Positions 22,073 through 32,630 of a stretch of 64,000 bases of DNA are shown piece by piece (within the stretch, counting starts at the first letter, position 1; each line of letters starts with the position of its first letter). The translations under genes were made by a program, and so were the position numbers. The DNA is from an uncultured beta proteobacterium (GTDB lineage: Bacteria; Pseudomonadota; Gammaproteobacteria; Burkholderiales; JAEUMW01): assembly GCA_963734295.1 (NCBI GenBank), contig CAVTGS010000021.1, positions 4,892 to 68,891 of the forward strand. The letters run 5' to 3'. The notes beneath the pieces are model-generated. The model was not told where the DNA came from, ran no database searches, and saw only the letters and a list, made by a program, of their open reading frames with translations.

Positions 22073-22468
22073 ATGCCGACGCCCAGCGCCCGCGGCGCTG
22101 GCGAATCGCCGCACAAGGGCAAGACCGGTGTGCGCCGCCTGTGGAATGCGCTCTTCTACTCGATGGCCGGCCTCAAGGCGGCGTTCGTGCACGAGGATGC
22201 GTTCCGCCAGGAAGCGATCCTGGCCGCGCTGCTCATTCCGACCGCGCTCTTGCTGCCGGTGAGCGGCGTCGGCAAAGCGGTCATGATCGCCGCCGTCCTG
22301 CTCGTCATCGTCGTCGAGCTCCTCAATTCCGCCGTGGAAGCCGCGGTGGACCGCATCTCCCTCGAAAACCACCGTCTCGCCAAGCGCGCGAAGGACATCG
22401 GCAGCGCGGCGGTCTTCGTGAGTCTCGTGAACGTGCTGGTCGTCTGGGTCCTCGTGCTCTGGGGCTGA
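22073..22468 (+). CDS. dgkA: Diacylglycerol kinase (prokaryotic DgkA)
   Basis: 131 aa. GVRRLWNALFYSMAGLKAAFVHEDAFRQEAILA...VELLNSAVEAAVDRIS...AKDIGSAAV matches the DgkA core. Confidence 0.9.
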   Translation: MPTPSARGAGESPHKGKTGVRRLWNALFYSMAGLKAAFVHEDAFRQEAILAALLIPTALLLPVSGVGKAVMIAAVLLVIVVELLNSAVEAAVDRISLENHRLAKRAKDIGSAAVFVSLVNVLVVWVLVLWG

Positions 22469-22588
22469 CCGGCCTTTCGGTCCCGCCGGCTCTGACCGCC
22501 GTTCGCGCAGAGTCGGCTCCGCATCCGTCACACAAATGATCATGCTTCGGTCATCGTAGTTTCGCGGGCCGCCCGCGAGACTGGCGGC

Positions 22589-23803
22589 ATGCGAGACGAC
22601 TCGATCCTGTTCGAGCAGCTTCCGGTCGGCGCGGAAGTCACTGCGGATCGCGGTCGTCACGGAAACCTATCCGCCCGAGGTCAACGGCGTGGCGATGACC
22701 CTGGGGCACTTCGTGTCCGGGCTGCACCGGCGCGCAGCACGAGGTGCAACTGATCCGACCGCGGCAGGACGAGCGGCGACCGGGCCGGGCAGCGGCGAGC
22801 GCTTTCAGGAGGTGCTGCAAGCGCGGCGTGCCGATACCGCGGTATCCCGCCCTCAAGATGGGGCTGCCGGCAAAGCAGGCGCTGACGCGCCTTTGGTCGC
22901 GTGCAGCGGCCCGACCTCGTCCACATCGTGACGGAAGGTCCGCTCGGCTGGTCCGCGCTGCAGGTCGCACTGAAGCTGCGGCTGCCGGTGTGCTCCGATT
23001 TCCATACCAACTTCCACGCGTACAGCCGCCATTACGGCATCGGCTGGCTCAAGACGCCGATCGCAGCCTATCTGCGGAAGTTCCACAACCGGACCCGCTG
23101 CACCATGGTGCCGACCGACGGCGATGCGCGACGAGCTTGTCGGAGATGGGCTTTCGCAACCTGCGGGTGGTCGCCCGCGGCGTGGATACCGGCCTTTTCG
23201 ATCCGGCGCGGCGCAGCGAGGTCTTGCGCGAGCGCTGGGGAGCGGGACCGGACGACCCCGTCGTCGCTCTACGTCGGCCGGCTCGCGCCGGAGAAGAATC
23301 TGCCGGCGCTCATCGCCGCGTTCGATGCCATACGGGTGCGCACGCCGCGGGCCCGGCTCGTCCTGGTGGGCGACGGCCCGGAGAGCGCAACATTCGCGGC
23401 GCGGCATCCCGATTTCATTTTCGCCGGATTGCGCGTGGGCGAGGATCTCGCCGCCCATTACGCGTCCGGCGACATCTTTCTATTTCCGAGTCTCACGGAG
23501 ACTTACGGCAACGTCACCATCGAAGCCATGGCGAGCGGCCTTGCGGTCGTAGCTTACGACTACGCTGCCGCCGCCGAGCACATAGAGCACGCCCGGAGCG
23601 GACTTCTGGCCGAGTACGACGACGTCGAGGAACTCGTGCGCTGTGCCGCGGAGCTGGCCGAGGATCCCGAGCGGATAAAACGCTACGGCGCGCGCGCCCG
23701 CGCGACCGCGCTGAAACTGGACTGGGACCGGGTAGTCGGCGAGCTCGAAGCGGTGTTCTTGACCGTGGCCGAAGCGGCAGCGGCGGAGCGCGATCCGGCG
23801 TAG
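22589..23803 (+). pseudogene. Glycosyltransferase family 4 (GT-B, GT1-like), about 6 frameshifts as assembled
   Basis: LRIAVVTETYPPEVNGVAMT / HEVQLIRP / DLVHIVTEGPLGW..SDFHTNFHAY / MGFRNLRVVARGVDTGLF / LYVGRLAPEKNL...FPSLTETYGNVTIEAMASGL (E-x7-E motif region). No start codon lies in the LRIAVV frame, so there is an extra shift after the ATG at 22589. Confidence 0.8.
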
Positions 23804-23807
23804 CCCC

Positions 23808-24839
23808 CTATAGCACCCGCCAGCTCACGGTGCCGCCGCCGCGGAGCGGCACCAGCGTGCCGGTTCCGAACGCGAACTCGGCCGGCACCGGCCAGGTTTC
23901 CCGCACCAGGGTGACGGTGTCCTCGTTCTTGGGCAGCCCGTAGAAGAGCGGTCCGTGGATGCTCGCGAAGCCTTCGAGGCGATCGAGTGCCCCGGCCGCG
24001 GCGAATACCTCGGCGTACAGCTCGATGCCGGCGTGCGCGGTGAAGATGCCCGCGCAGCCGCAAGCCGCTTCCTTCTCGCTTCGCGCGTGGGGTGCGCTGT
24101 CGGTGCCCAGGAAGAACTTCGGGCTCCCGCTGGTCGCGGCGTCGATCAGCGCCAGCCGATGCTCTTCGCGCTTCAGGATCGGCCGGCAGTAATGGTGCGG
24201 ACGGATGCCGCCGGAGAACATCGCGTTCCGGCTAAGCAGCAGGTGATGCGCGGTGATGGTGGCGGCGACCCGCGCCGGCGTGCCGCGCACGAAGCGCACC
24301 GCCTCCCGCGTCGTGATGTGCTCCAGCACGACCCGCAGGCGCGGATGGCGGCCGAGCAGGGGCGCCAGGGTGCGGTCGAGGAAGATCTTCTCGCGATCGA
24401 AGATGTCGACCTCCGCGAAGGTGACCTCGCCGTGCACGAGCAACGGCAGGTTCACCTCCTCCATCGCCTCCAGCGCCGCCTGGCAGCGCGCGAGGTCGGT
24501 CACGCCGGAATCGGAGTTCGTGGTCGCGCCCGCCGGGTAGTACTTCACACCGTGCACGACACCGCTCTTCTTCGCCCGGATCACTTCCTCCGCCGTCGTG
24601 TTGTCGGTCAGATAGAGGGTCATCAGGGGCATGAACCGGCTCGCGGGCGGCAGCGCCGCCAGGATGCGGCGCCGGTACGCCAAAGCCATGTCGGTCGTCG
24701 TGACCGGCGGCGCGAGGTTCGGCATGACGATCGCCCGGCCGAAGCGGGCCGCGGTGAAGGGCAGCACGGCCTGCAGCGCATCGCCGTCGCGCAGATGCAG
24801 ATGCCAGTCGTCCGGGCGCGTGATCGTCAAACGGGTCAT
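23808..24839 (-). CDS. pyrC: Dihydroorotase, homodimeric type
   Basis: 343 aa. [14 protein letters not shown]...AIVMPNL...[11 protein letters not shown]...LVHGE...HITT are canonical PyrC metal ligands. Confidence 0.93.
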   Translation of the reverse strand: MTRLTITRPDDWHLHLRDGDALQAVLPFTAARFGRAIVMPNLAPPVTTTDMALAYRRRILAALPPASRFMPLMTLYLTDNTTAEEVIRAKKSGVVHGVKYYPAGATTNSDSGVTDLARCQAALEAMEEVNLPLLVHGEVTFAEVDIFDREKIFLDRTLAPLLGRHPRLRVVLEHITTREAVRFVRGTPARVAATITAHHLLLSRNAMFSGGIRPHHYCRPILKREEHRLALIDAATSGSPKFFLGTDSAPHARSEKEAACGCAGIFTAHAGIELYAEVFAAAGALDRLEGFASIHGPLFYGLPKNEDTVTLVRETWPVPAEFAFGTGTLVPLRGGGTVSWRVL

Positions 24840-24907
24840 CGAATCATCTCCAGATCGGGCGGGGGGCGGGACTTGTCACCGGCAGGAAGCCGCCGCTCTC
24901 AAGCATT

Positions 24908-25525
24908 TTACGTTCTCGGCCGCACCGTTAGCCATGCCGGATAAGCCAGCCCGAACCGGATCGCGGCAGCCCGCATGACGAAGATGGCGAGCGCCGAGGA
25001 GAGAGCGGCAAGCTCGCTCGCGTGCGGCAGGACCAGAATCAAGCCGGCATAAAGGAGCCCGCCCAGAAGGATCGGCGTCGCGTAGAGCTCCTTCCGCGTG
25101 AGCAGCGTCGGCTCGCCGATGAGCACGTCTCGTATCAATCCGCCGCCGATCCCCGTCACGATGCCCATCACGACCGCGACCGGGGCGTTGTGCGCGAGTC
25201 CCAGCGTCTTGTCGATGGCGAGCACCGTGAAGAGCGCGCACGCCAGGCCGTCGAGGTAAAGCAGCAGGGTGTAGGTGTCGCGCAGGTGCCGGTCGAGCGC
25301 GAAAGCCACCACCGTCGCAGCGAGCGCGACGGTGACGTAGGTGAAGTCCTGCAGCCAGAACACGGGCACGCCGAGCACCATGTCGCGCACCGTCCCGCCC
25401 CCCACCGCGGTCACCACGCCAATCACCACCACGGCGAACAAATCCAGGTTGCGGTGGCCGGCAGCCAGCACGCCCGTCACCGCGAACACGGCGATGCCGA
25501 CCTGACCTGCCCAATAGCTGAACAT
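24908..25525 (-). CDS. Trimeric intracellular cation channel (TRIC / UPF0126, YadS-like) membrane protein
   Basis: 205 aa. Two UPF0126 repeats carry glycine motifs (VTAVGGGTVRD and VTGIGGGLIRD). Confidence 0.85.
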   Translation of the reverse strand: MFSYWAGQVGIAVFAVTGVLAAGHRNLDLFAVVVIGVVTAVGGGTVRDMVLGVPVFWLQDFTYVTVALAATVVAFALDRHLRDTYTLLLYLDGLACALFTVLAIDKTLGLAHNAPVAVVMGIVTGIGGGLIRDVLIGEPTLLTRKELYATPILLGGLLYAGLILVLPHASELAALSSALAIFVMRAAAIRFGLAYPAWLTVRPRT

Positions 25526-25557
25526 GTCTGCGCCTCCTCGTGCAGATGCTGCGCGCC

Positions 25558-26421
25558 TCAGTCCGGCCCGGCTTTGAGCGCCAGCGCGCGCTCGTAGAGG
25601 CGGTTGCGGCTCGCGCCCGAGATCGCGGCGGCAAGCGCGACGGCCTGCTTCAACGGCAGTTCGGCGAGCAGCACCCGCAGCACGCGCTCGGCGTCGGCAT
25701 CTTCCGACTCCGTCTCGGCGACGGCGCCGTCGACCAGCAGCACGAGCTCGCCTTTCTCCCGGTTAGGATCCGTTGCCACCCACTGCTCGGCCTCGGCGAG
25801 GGCGCAGGTGTGAAACGACTCGAAGCGCTTGGTCATCTCGCGCGCCAGCGTGACGGTGCGCGCCGTCCCGAGCGTGTCGCGCAGATCGGCGAGCGTCTCG
25901 CGCAGCCGATGGGGCGCCTCGTAGAAGACGAGCAGAAAGGGCAGCGGCCGCAACGCCGCGAGCGCTCTCCGACGCGCTGCCGCGCGGGGCGGCAGGAAGC
26001 CGCAGAAGAGGACGCGATCGGCCGTGCGCCCCGACGCCGAGAGCGCGGCAATGGCCGCGTTGGGCCCGGGAACGGGTGTCGCCTCGAAGCCCGCAGCACG
26101 CACCGCTGCCACGATCTCGGCACCGGGATCGGAGAACCCGGGCGTTCCGGCATCGGAGACGAGCGCAACGCTCTTGCCACCGTGCAGCAGGGCCACGATG
26201 CGCGCGGCGGCGCGGCGCTCGTTGTGCTCGTGCGCGGCCATGAGCTTCGTGTGGATGCCGTGGTGCTGCAGAAGCTTTCGCGTCACCCGCGTGTCCTCGG
26301 CGGCGATCACGTCGACCGCCCCCAGCACCGCCAGTGCGCGCAGAGTCAAGTCACCCAGGTTTCCCAGGGGGGTCGCGACTACATATAATCTCGGGTCCTC
26401 CCCTTCGCTTTCCGCCGCCAT
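25558..26421 (-). CDS. rsmI: 16S rRNA (cytidine1402-2'-O)-methyltransferase
   Basis: LYVVATPLGNLGDLTLRALAVL..VDVIAAEDTR...SDAGTPGFSDPG...LVFYEAPHRL...REMTKRFE. The start MAAESEG at 26421 is the only start codon upstream of the conserved LYVV. Confidence 0.92.
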   Translation of the reverse strand: MAAESEGEDPRLYVVATPLGNLGDLTLRALAVLGAVDVIAAEDTRVTRKLLQHHGIHTKLMAAHEHNERRAAARIVALLHGGKSVALVSDAGTPGFSDPGAEIVAAVRAAGFEATPVPGPNAAIAALSASGRTADRVLFCGFLPPRAAARRRALAALRPLPFLLVFYEAPHRLRETLADLRDTLGTARTVTLAREMTKRFESFHTCALAEAEQWVATDPNREKGELVLLVDGAVAETESEDADAERVLRVLLAELPLKQAVALAAAISGASRNRLYERALALKAGPD

Positions 26422-27481
26422 GCAAGGCTGGTTCACCTTCCTCGCCGTCATCGTCGCGTCACTATACGGACCCGCCTCGGGCGCCGCCACCGCGGGCGCA
26501 CCGACGCCCCACATCGCGGTCCTGCTGCCCACGCAGTCACCCGGCTTCGGCCGGTACGCCGACAGCGTGCGCCAGGGCGTGCTCGCCGCCGCCAAGGTGC
26601 AGGGGAAGGGCGCGCTGCCGGTGACGGTGTACGGGATGGTCGACGAAGCCAAGGACGCGGTCGCGAACTACGACCTCGCGGTCGCCCAGGGCGCGCGGGT
26701 GGTGATTGGCCCCCTCACGCGGCCCGGTGTGAACGCCATCGTCGCCCATAATTCGGTCGCGGTACCCACCCTGGCACTGAATCCACCGGATGCAAGCCTG
26801 CCGACATCTCCCTATCTGTACGTCCTGGGGCTGCAGGCCGAACCCGAAGCGCGCCAGGTTGCCGCCTTCGCCCTCGACGAGGGACGCCGGGCGGCCCTCG
26901 TGGTCACCGCCGACAGCCCGCTCGCAAAGCGCATTCAGGACGCCTTCACCGAAGCCTTCGAAGCGCGGGGCGGGCGCATTGCCGCTGTCGTGACGCTGCC
27001 GTCCGACGCCAAGGCCCTCGGTAAATTGCGCGGCACCTACGAGGCGAGCGGCGCCGACATGATCTTCGTCGCCTGCGACGCCCAGCGCGCCCGTTTTCTG
27101 CGCGCCTTCGCCGACCGGAGCACGCCGTTCTACGGGACTTCGCAGCTCTTCGCCACGCGCGGCGACGCGATGACGAACAGCGATCTCGAGGGCGCGCGCT
27201 TCCTCGACATGCCCTGGATGGTGCAGCCCGATCACCCGGCGGTGATGATCTATCCGCGGCCGGCTGCCGCGTCGGCGAGCAACGAGCAGGAGCGGTTCTA
27301 CGCCCTCGGCATCGACGCTTATCGCGTAAGCCAGACCCTGCTCGACGGGCCCCCACCTTCGGCCGCGAGCCTGGACGGCGTGACCGGACGTATCGATCTC
27401 ACGGCGGGGCAGACCCTCGAGCGCAGTCTCACGCCGGCGGAATTCGGCCCGGACCAGCCGAAGGTGCTGTTTCGTCCGTGA
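26420..27481 (+). CDS. lpoA: Penicillin-binding protein activator LpoA-like periplasmic protein (type-I PBP fold)
   Basis: Signal peptide MQGWFTFLAVIVASLYGPASGA followed by a periplasmic-binding-protein-like sequence. It keeps the conserved position divergent from rsmI and upstream of yraN/diaA/dolP. Confidence 0.75.
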   Translation: MQGWFTFLAVIVASLYGPASGAATAGAPTPHIAVLLPTQSPGFGRYADSVRQGVLAAAKVQGKGALPVTVYGMVDEAKDAVANYDLAVAQGARVVIGPLTRPGVNAIVAHNSVAVPTLALNPPDASLPTSPYLYVLGLQAEPEARQVAAFALDEGRRAALVVTADSPLAKRIQDAFTEAFEARGGRIAAVVTLPSDAKALGKLRGTYEASGADMIFVACDAQRARFLRAFADRSTPFYGTSQLFATRGDAMTNSDLEGARFLDMPWMVQPDHPAVMIYPRPAAASASNEQERFYALGIDAYRVSQTLLDGPPPSAASLDGVTGRIDLTAGQTLERSLTPAEFGPDQPKVLFRP

Positions 27482-27518
27482 GCGCCGGGCGGGCGGTCCG
27501 GGCCGGTCGCAGCGCCGC

Positions 27519-27860
27519 ATGAGCGATCGCGGACAGGCGGCGGAGGCCATCGCCGCGGAGTTCCTGAGCGGTCAGGGGCTCGCGATCCTGCACCGGAACT
27601 TTCGCTGCCGATTCGGCGAGATCGATCTCATCGCCCGCGACGGCGACGCCGTGGTGTTCGTCGAAGTGCGCATGCGCGGCCGCGCTGACTTCGGCGGCGC
27701 GGCCGAGAGCATCACGAGCCGCAAGCGCGCGCGGCTCCTGAAAGCCGCAGGCTTCTACCTCTCGGCACAGCGCCGGACGCCGCGCTGCCGCTTCGACGCC
27801 GTGCTCGTGTCCGGTGCCGAAGGCCGCATCGAATGGATTCGCGACGCCTTCGGCGAATAG
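27519..27860 (+). CDS. yraN: YraN-family (UPF0102) endonuclease-like protein
   Basis: 113 aa. G..AE..A..FL...G..IL.RNFRCRFGEIDLIARDGD.VVFVEVRMR is the UPF0102 signature. Confidence 0.9.
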   Translation: MSDRGQAAEAIAAEFLSGQGLAILHRNFRCRFGEIDLIARDGDAVVFVEVRMRGRADFGGAAESITSRKRARLLKAAGFYLSAQRRTPRCRFDAVLVSGAEGRIEWIRDAFGE

Positions 27861-27897
27861 GCTCGACGAGCGCCCGGGTTGCCCCTTCATGCGATAA

Positions 27898-29087
<1,190 letters not shown>

Positions 29088-29098
29088 GAAGCGCGCCC

Positions 29099-29806
29099 GT
29101 GCGCAGATCCGGATCGTCCACGCAGTTCGCCCGCAGCGCCCGGTGCGCTGCAGCGGTCGCGCTTTTCGTCGCTGCGCTGGCGCACGCTGCGGCGCCTGCG
29201 CTCGAGGGCCGCTGGACCCTGGTGGACCGGACTGCACTGGGCGGTGCCAAGGGCGACCGCGGACCGGACATCACGCTCGAGATCAAGGGCGACAGCCTCA
29301 GCGCGAGCACCGGCTGCAACCTTGCGGGCGGAAGCATCAAGGAACGAGGCGGCCGCCTCGAGATCGGCCTCCTCGCGGCCACCATGATGGCGTGCCCGCC
29401 CGCGGTGGCCAAGCTCGAGGCGCGCTACTTCGACATGCTCCAGCAGCGACCCGCCTATCGACTCGAGGGCGGCATGCTGACGCTCTCCGCGGCGGGCAGC
29501 ACGTTCACCTTCAGACGGATGCCGGCCCCCGGTGCCACCGCCGAGACGAAGCTCGTCTACGTCGCGGCCGAGCGCAAGGACTGCGCAGGTGTCGCGCCGA
29601 TGCAATGCCTGCAGGTGCGGCAGCAGAAGACGGAGCCGTGGACACTTTTCCACGGCGAAATCGCCGGTTTCGAGCCGCAGCCCGGCATCGAGTATCGTCT
29701 GCGCATTTTCGAGGAGACCGTGCCGAAGCCGCCGGCGGATGGCTCGTCCAGGCGCTGGGTGCTCGACCAGGTGATCGAGCAGCGGGTGGTGAAGCCGCCG
29801 CGCTGA
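29099..29806 (+). CDS. META (HslJ-like) plus DUF4377 domain secreted protein
   Basis: Signal peptide, then LEGRWTLV...GCNLAGGS...L.IG.LAATMMACP (META) and ..VAAERKDCAGVAPMQCLQVRQ...W.LFHG.I.GFE.QPGIEY.LR (DUF4377-like). Confidence 0.7.
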   Translation: MRRSGSSTQFARSARCAAAVALFVAALAHAAAPALEGRWTLVDRTALGGAKGDRGPDITLEIKGDSLSASTGCNLAGGSIKERGGRLEIGLLAATMMACPPAVAKLEARYFDMLQQRPAYRLEGGMLTLSAAGSTFTFRRMPAPGATAETKLVYVAAERKDCAGVAPMQCLQVRQQKTEPWTLFHGEIAGFEPQPGIEYRLRIFEETVPKPPADGSSRRWVLDQVIEQRVVKPPR

Positions 29807-29821
29807 CCGCGGGAGCAACCC

Positions 29822-30742
29822 TCAGGCGTCGCGCACCAGCTTGGCGATGTTCGCGGTGTCGAGGGTCTTTGCCTGCTCCTGAATCTGGGTCGCGAGCCTG
29901 GCCTGCAGGGTTTTCGCTTCCTCGGCCATCGCGGCGAACACCTGCTTCAACCGCGCCGCATCGAGTGTGCGCCCGCCCGCGTAGTACTCGCGCGCGACCT
30001 TGCCGAGCGCGTAGGTGGTCACGAACGAAAATGCCGACCCCGTGGCCTGGCGGCCGGCCGCACCGATGAGCCCGCCGAAGCTGCCCAGAATGCCGCCGAT
30101 GATCCGGCGTCCGAGATTCTCGACCACCTGCGACGTGAGGCCCACCCCGGCGGTTGCCGCGAAGTCCTTGATGCTGTGCTGGTCGAGCTCGAAGCCGTAG
30201 GACTGGCCGATGCGGTACACCATCTTCATCTGCAGCGGAATGATCGCCATCGATGCGAGCGTCTGGGGCAGGAGCTCGAGTGCACCGTTCAGCATCGCGT
30301 AGTTGAGGATCATCTTGTCCTGCTCCGCCGCGTTCGGCTGGGCTCGCGCGGGCGCCACCGGCTCCAGCGCCATGGACGTCACCGCCGTCGCCTCGCGTTC
30401 GAACGCCTCCGCGCGGCCCGCGTCCAGGTCGAGCGCGCGCCGCAGGTCGGCGAGGAACGCGGCCTCTGCTGCATTCTCGGCACCGTCGGCATTGCAGACG
30501 CATACGGCGAGCTCGAATGCCGGCTGGCGCACTGCGGGGGAGAGGCCCGCCACGATCTCGGAGAGCGCGGGACTGCGAGCGGTCACCTCTTCTTCGAGCT
30601 GCCGCAGGTCGAGGCTGGATCCGCCCGGAAAGGTCTGCACGATGCGCTCGAGCTCCGCGCGCTCGCGCTCGTCCTTGCCGCCGTCTACGAGGGCGGCGAG
30701 GAGGCACAGTTTGGTGATGGACTGCTGCTCTTGGGGGGTCAT
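29822..30742 (-). CDS. TerB-like N-terminal domain fused to a DUF697 (YcjF-like) membrane-associated domain
   Basis: The N-terminus ITKLCLLAALVDGGKDERERAELERI...AVCVCNADG..N.AE.AFL..L fits a TerB-type fold. The C-terminus ...MAIIPLQMKMVYRIGQSYGFELD...GILGSFGGLIGAAGRQATGSAFSFVTTYALG follows the DUF697 pattern. Start taken at MTPQEQ (30742). Confidence 0.55.
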   Translation of the reverse strand: MTPQEQQSITKLCLLAALVDGGKDERERAELERIVQTFPGGSSLDLRQLEEEVTARSPALSEIVAGLSPAVRQPAFELAVCVCNADGAENAAEAAFLADLRRALDLDAGRAEAFEREATAVTSMALEPVAPARAQPNAAEQDKMILNYAMLNGALELLPQTLASMAIIPLQMKMVYRIGQSYGFELDQHSIKDFAATAGVGLTSQVVENLGRRIIGGILGSFGGLIGAAGRQATGSAFSFVTTYALGKVAREYYAGGRTLDAARLKQVFAAMAEEAKTLQARLATQIQEQAKTLDTANIAKLVRDA

Positions 30743-30909
30743 GACGGGTCCTCCGTGGGCTGGGTTGGAACGTGATGGAGCGCACTTCGTGCAGTTGCAA
30801 TCGTCATCGGCGGTTCGCGTGCACGGGCTTTCCCGGCACGGATGACCGTCGATTTCGCGCGCCGTTCCCCGTATAATCGCGCAGCAAGCACTCTTTAAGG
30901 AAACATCCC

Positions 30910-31212
30910 ATGGCAAACATCACCGAGCATCTGCTGGACGAAACGCGCCGACTGGTCTCGAACACGGAAGATCTGCTGAAGGCCACCGCGAGCGACGTGG
31001 GCGAACATGCCGACGCGGCGCGCGCGAAGCTCGAGCCCAAGCTGCGCCGGATCAAGGGCCAGCTCCTCGATCTCGAGTACGACCTCGAGCGCAAGGCCAA
31101 GCATGCCGCCCGCGAAGTGGACGCTTATGCCCACGACAACCCCTGGACGGTGGCCGGCGCCGGCATCCTGGTGGGTCTTCTGATCGGCATGCTCGTAAGC
31201 CGCCGCGACTGA
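30910..31212 (+). CDS. ElaB/YqjD/DUF883-family C-tail-anchored ribosome-associated membrane protein
   Basis: 100 aa. A coiled-coil N-terminus is followed by ..DAYAHDNPWTVAGAGILVGLLIGMLVSRR, the DUF883 C-terminal anchor. Confidence 0.85.
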   Translation: MANITEHLLDETRRLVSNTEDLLKATASDVGEHADAARAKLEPKLRRIKGQLLDLEYDLERKAKHAAREVDAYAHDNPWTVAGAGILVGLLIGMLVSRRD

Positions 31213-31302
31213 TCGTCGCGCAGCGCGTCGGCCGCGGCGCGGAGATTTGCGGGGTGAGCGACTCGTATGAGCGCACCAGCGCCGCGAGAGACCTGACGTC
31301 CG

Positions 31303-32079
31303 TCACAGCCCCGTCAACCGATGGACCGCCGCGAAGTAGAGGCGATACGGCAGCAGTTGCAGGAGCTTGAGTGCCCGCGTGAAGCGCTTCGGAAAGTGGA
31401 TCTCGAAGGCGCCGCGCTCGAGCCCCGCGACGATCTCCCGCGCCGCCTCGTCGGCGGTAATGAGCGCCGGCATCTCGAATTCGTTCCGGTCGGTGAGCGG
31501 CGTCTTCACGAAGCCGGGATTGACGAGGTACACGGCGATCCCTTTCGGCTGCAGGTCGAGGTAGAGCGTCTCGGCGAAGTTGATGAGCGCTGCCTTGGTC
31601 GCCCCGTACAGCAGGCTGGTCGGCAATCCGCCATAGCCCGCCACGCTCGACACGATGGCGATGCCGCCCGCACCCTGCCGGAGCAACGTCGGCACGATCT
31701 CCGCCGTCGCCCCGAGCACGCCCATCATGTTGACCTCGAAGATCTCGCGCGCGGCCCCGGCATCGAGCTCCCACGCCCGCACCGGCTTGTGGGTGCCCGC
31801 CATGATGACGGCGAGATCGATCCCCTGCCAGACTGATTCGATCTCCGCGCGCGCCGACCTCACCGTGTCGATCGACGTGATGTCGAGCGGGAGCACGAGC
31901 GCGCGGTCGGCGTGCGCGCGCGCCAGCGCCTCGAGGGGCGCGCGACTGCGGGCAGAGAGCGCCACGCGCGCGCCGCGGGCGAGCAGCGAGCGCGCGGTGG
32001 CTTCGCCGATACCGCTGCTCGCGCCGATGATCCAGACGCGCCGGCCGCTCCAATCGCGGATCGGTGGATTGAGGCACAT
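31303..32079 (-). CDS. Short-chain dehydrogenase/reductase (last gene of the stress operon)
   Basis: VWIIGASSGIGEA (TGxxxGIG) ... IVSSVAGYGG.P....YGATKAAL (YxxxK). Confidence 0.88.
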   Translation of the reverse strand: MCLNPPIRDWSGRRVWIIGASSGIGEATARSLLARGARVALSARSRAPLEALARAHADRALVLPLDITSIDTVRSARAEIESVWQGIDLAVIMAGTHKPVRAWELDAGAAREIFEVNMMGVLGATAEIVPTLLRQGAGGIAIVSSVAGYGGLPTSLLYGATKAALINFAETLYLDLQPKGIAVYLVNPGFVKTPLTDRNEFEMPALITADEAAREIVAGLERGAFEIHFPKRFTRALKLLQLLPYRLYFAAVHRLTGL

Positions 32080-32081
32080 GG

Positions 32082-32630
32082 TCAGCCGCCGCGCCGGGTA
32101 AAGGAGAGCGTCACCTGTCCGAGCTCGACGCCGAACTTGCTCATGAACGACCGGTTGAGCAGGGTGCGATCATCGATCAGATACATCCAGTCGTCGAAGT
32201 CGACCTCGTAGGTTTTCCCGTCGTCGGTCGCGAGGTTGAGGACGTAGCGCCAACGCAGCGCGTTGCCATGGGCTTCGCCCTGGGCGGTGCCGATCACGTC
32301 CGACGCGGTGCCGGTATAGCGGTGCTCGTCCACCCGGGTGACGGTCCACACACGGCGCGTCTTCTTGCCGTCGGACCACGCGAAGTGTTCGTCGAGGGTG
32401 CCGACGTTTCCCTGCCAACTCGCATCGATGCGCACGTGGAAACGCTTCAGCACCTTGCCGCTGCGGTCCTGGAACATGCCCCAGCCGTCCACCGTGCCGT
32501 TGAAGAACCGCTCCAGGTCGAGCACCGGCTGCTCGTCCCTGTAGCTCTCCACCGGGGCGCTGGAACAGCCGGCAAGCGCGAGAACGACGGCGAGGAGTGC
32601 GACCAGGCCGCAACGGATAACGGGTGTCAT
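32082..32630 (-). CDS. DUF3833-family lipoprotein
   Basis: Lipobox LALAGCSS, then LDLERFFNG.V.GWGMFQDRSGKV.KRF.V.I...W.G..GTLDE.F.WSDG....R.W, typical of DUF3833. Confidence 0.75.
   Translation of the reverse strand: MTPVIRCGLVALLAVVLALAGCSSAPVESYRDEQPVLDLERFFNGTVDGWGMFQDRSGKVLKRFHVRIDASWQGNVGTLDEHFAWSDGKKTRRVWTVTRVDEHRYTGTASDVIGTAQGEAHGNALRWRYVLNLATDDGKTYEVDFDDWMYLIDDRTLLNRSFMSKFGVELGQVTLSFTRRGG

Noticed and set aside
22562-22582. GC palindrome GCGGGCCGCCCGC after dgkA as a possible terminator
   Set aside because: It has no loop and no following T-tract, and it lies just upstream of the GT4 start. It is not convincing as an intrinsic terminator.
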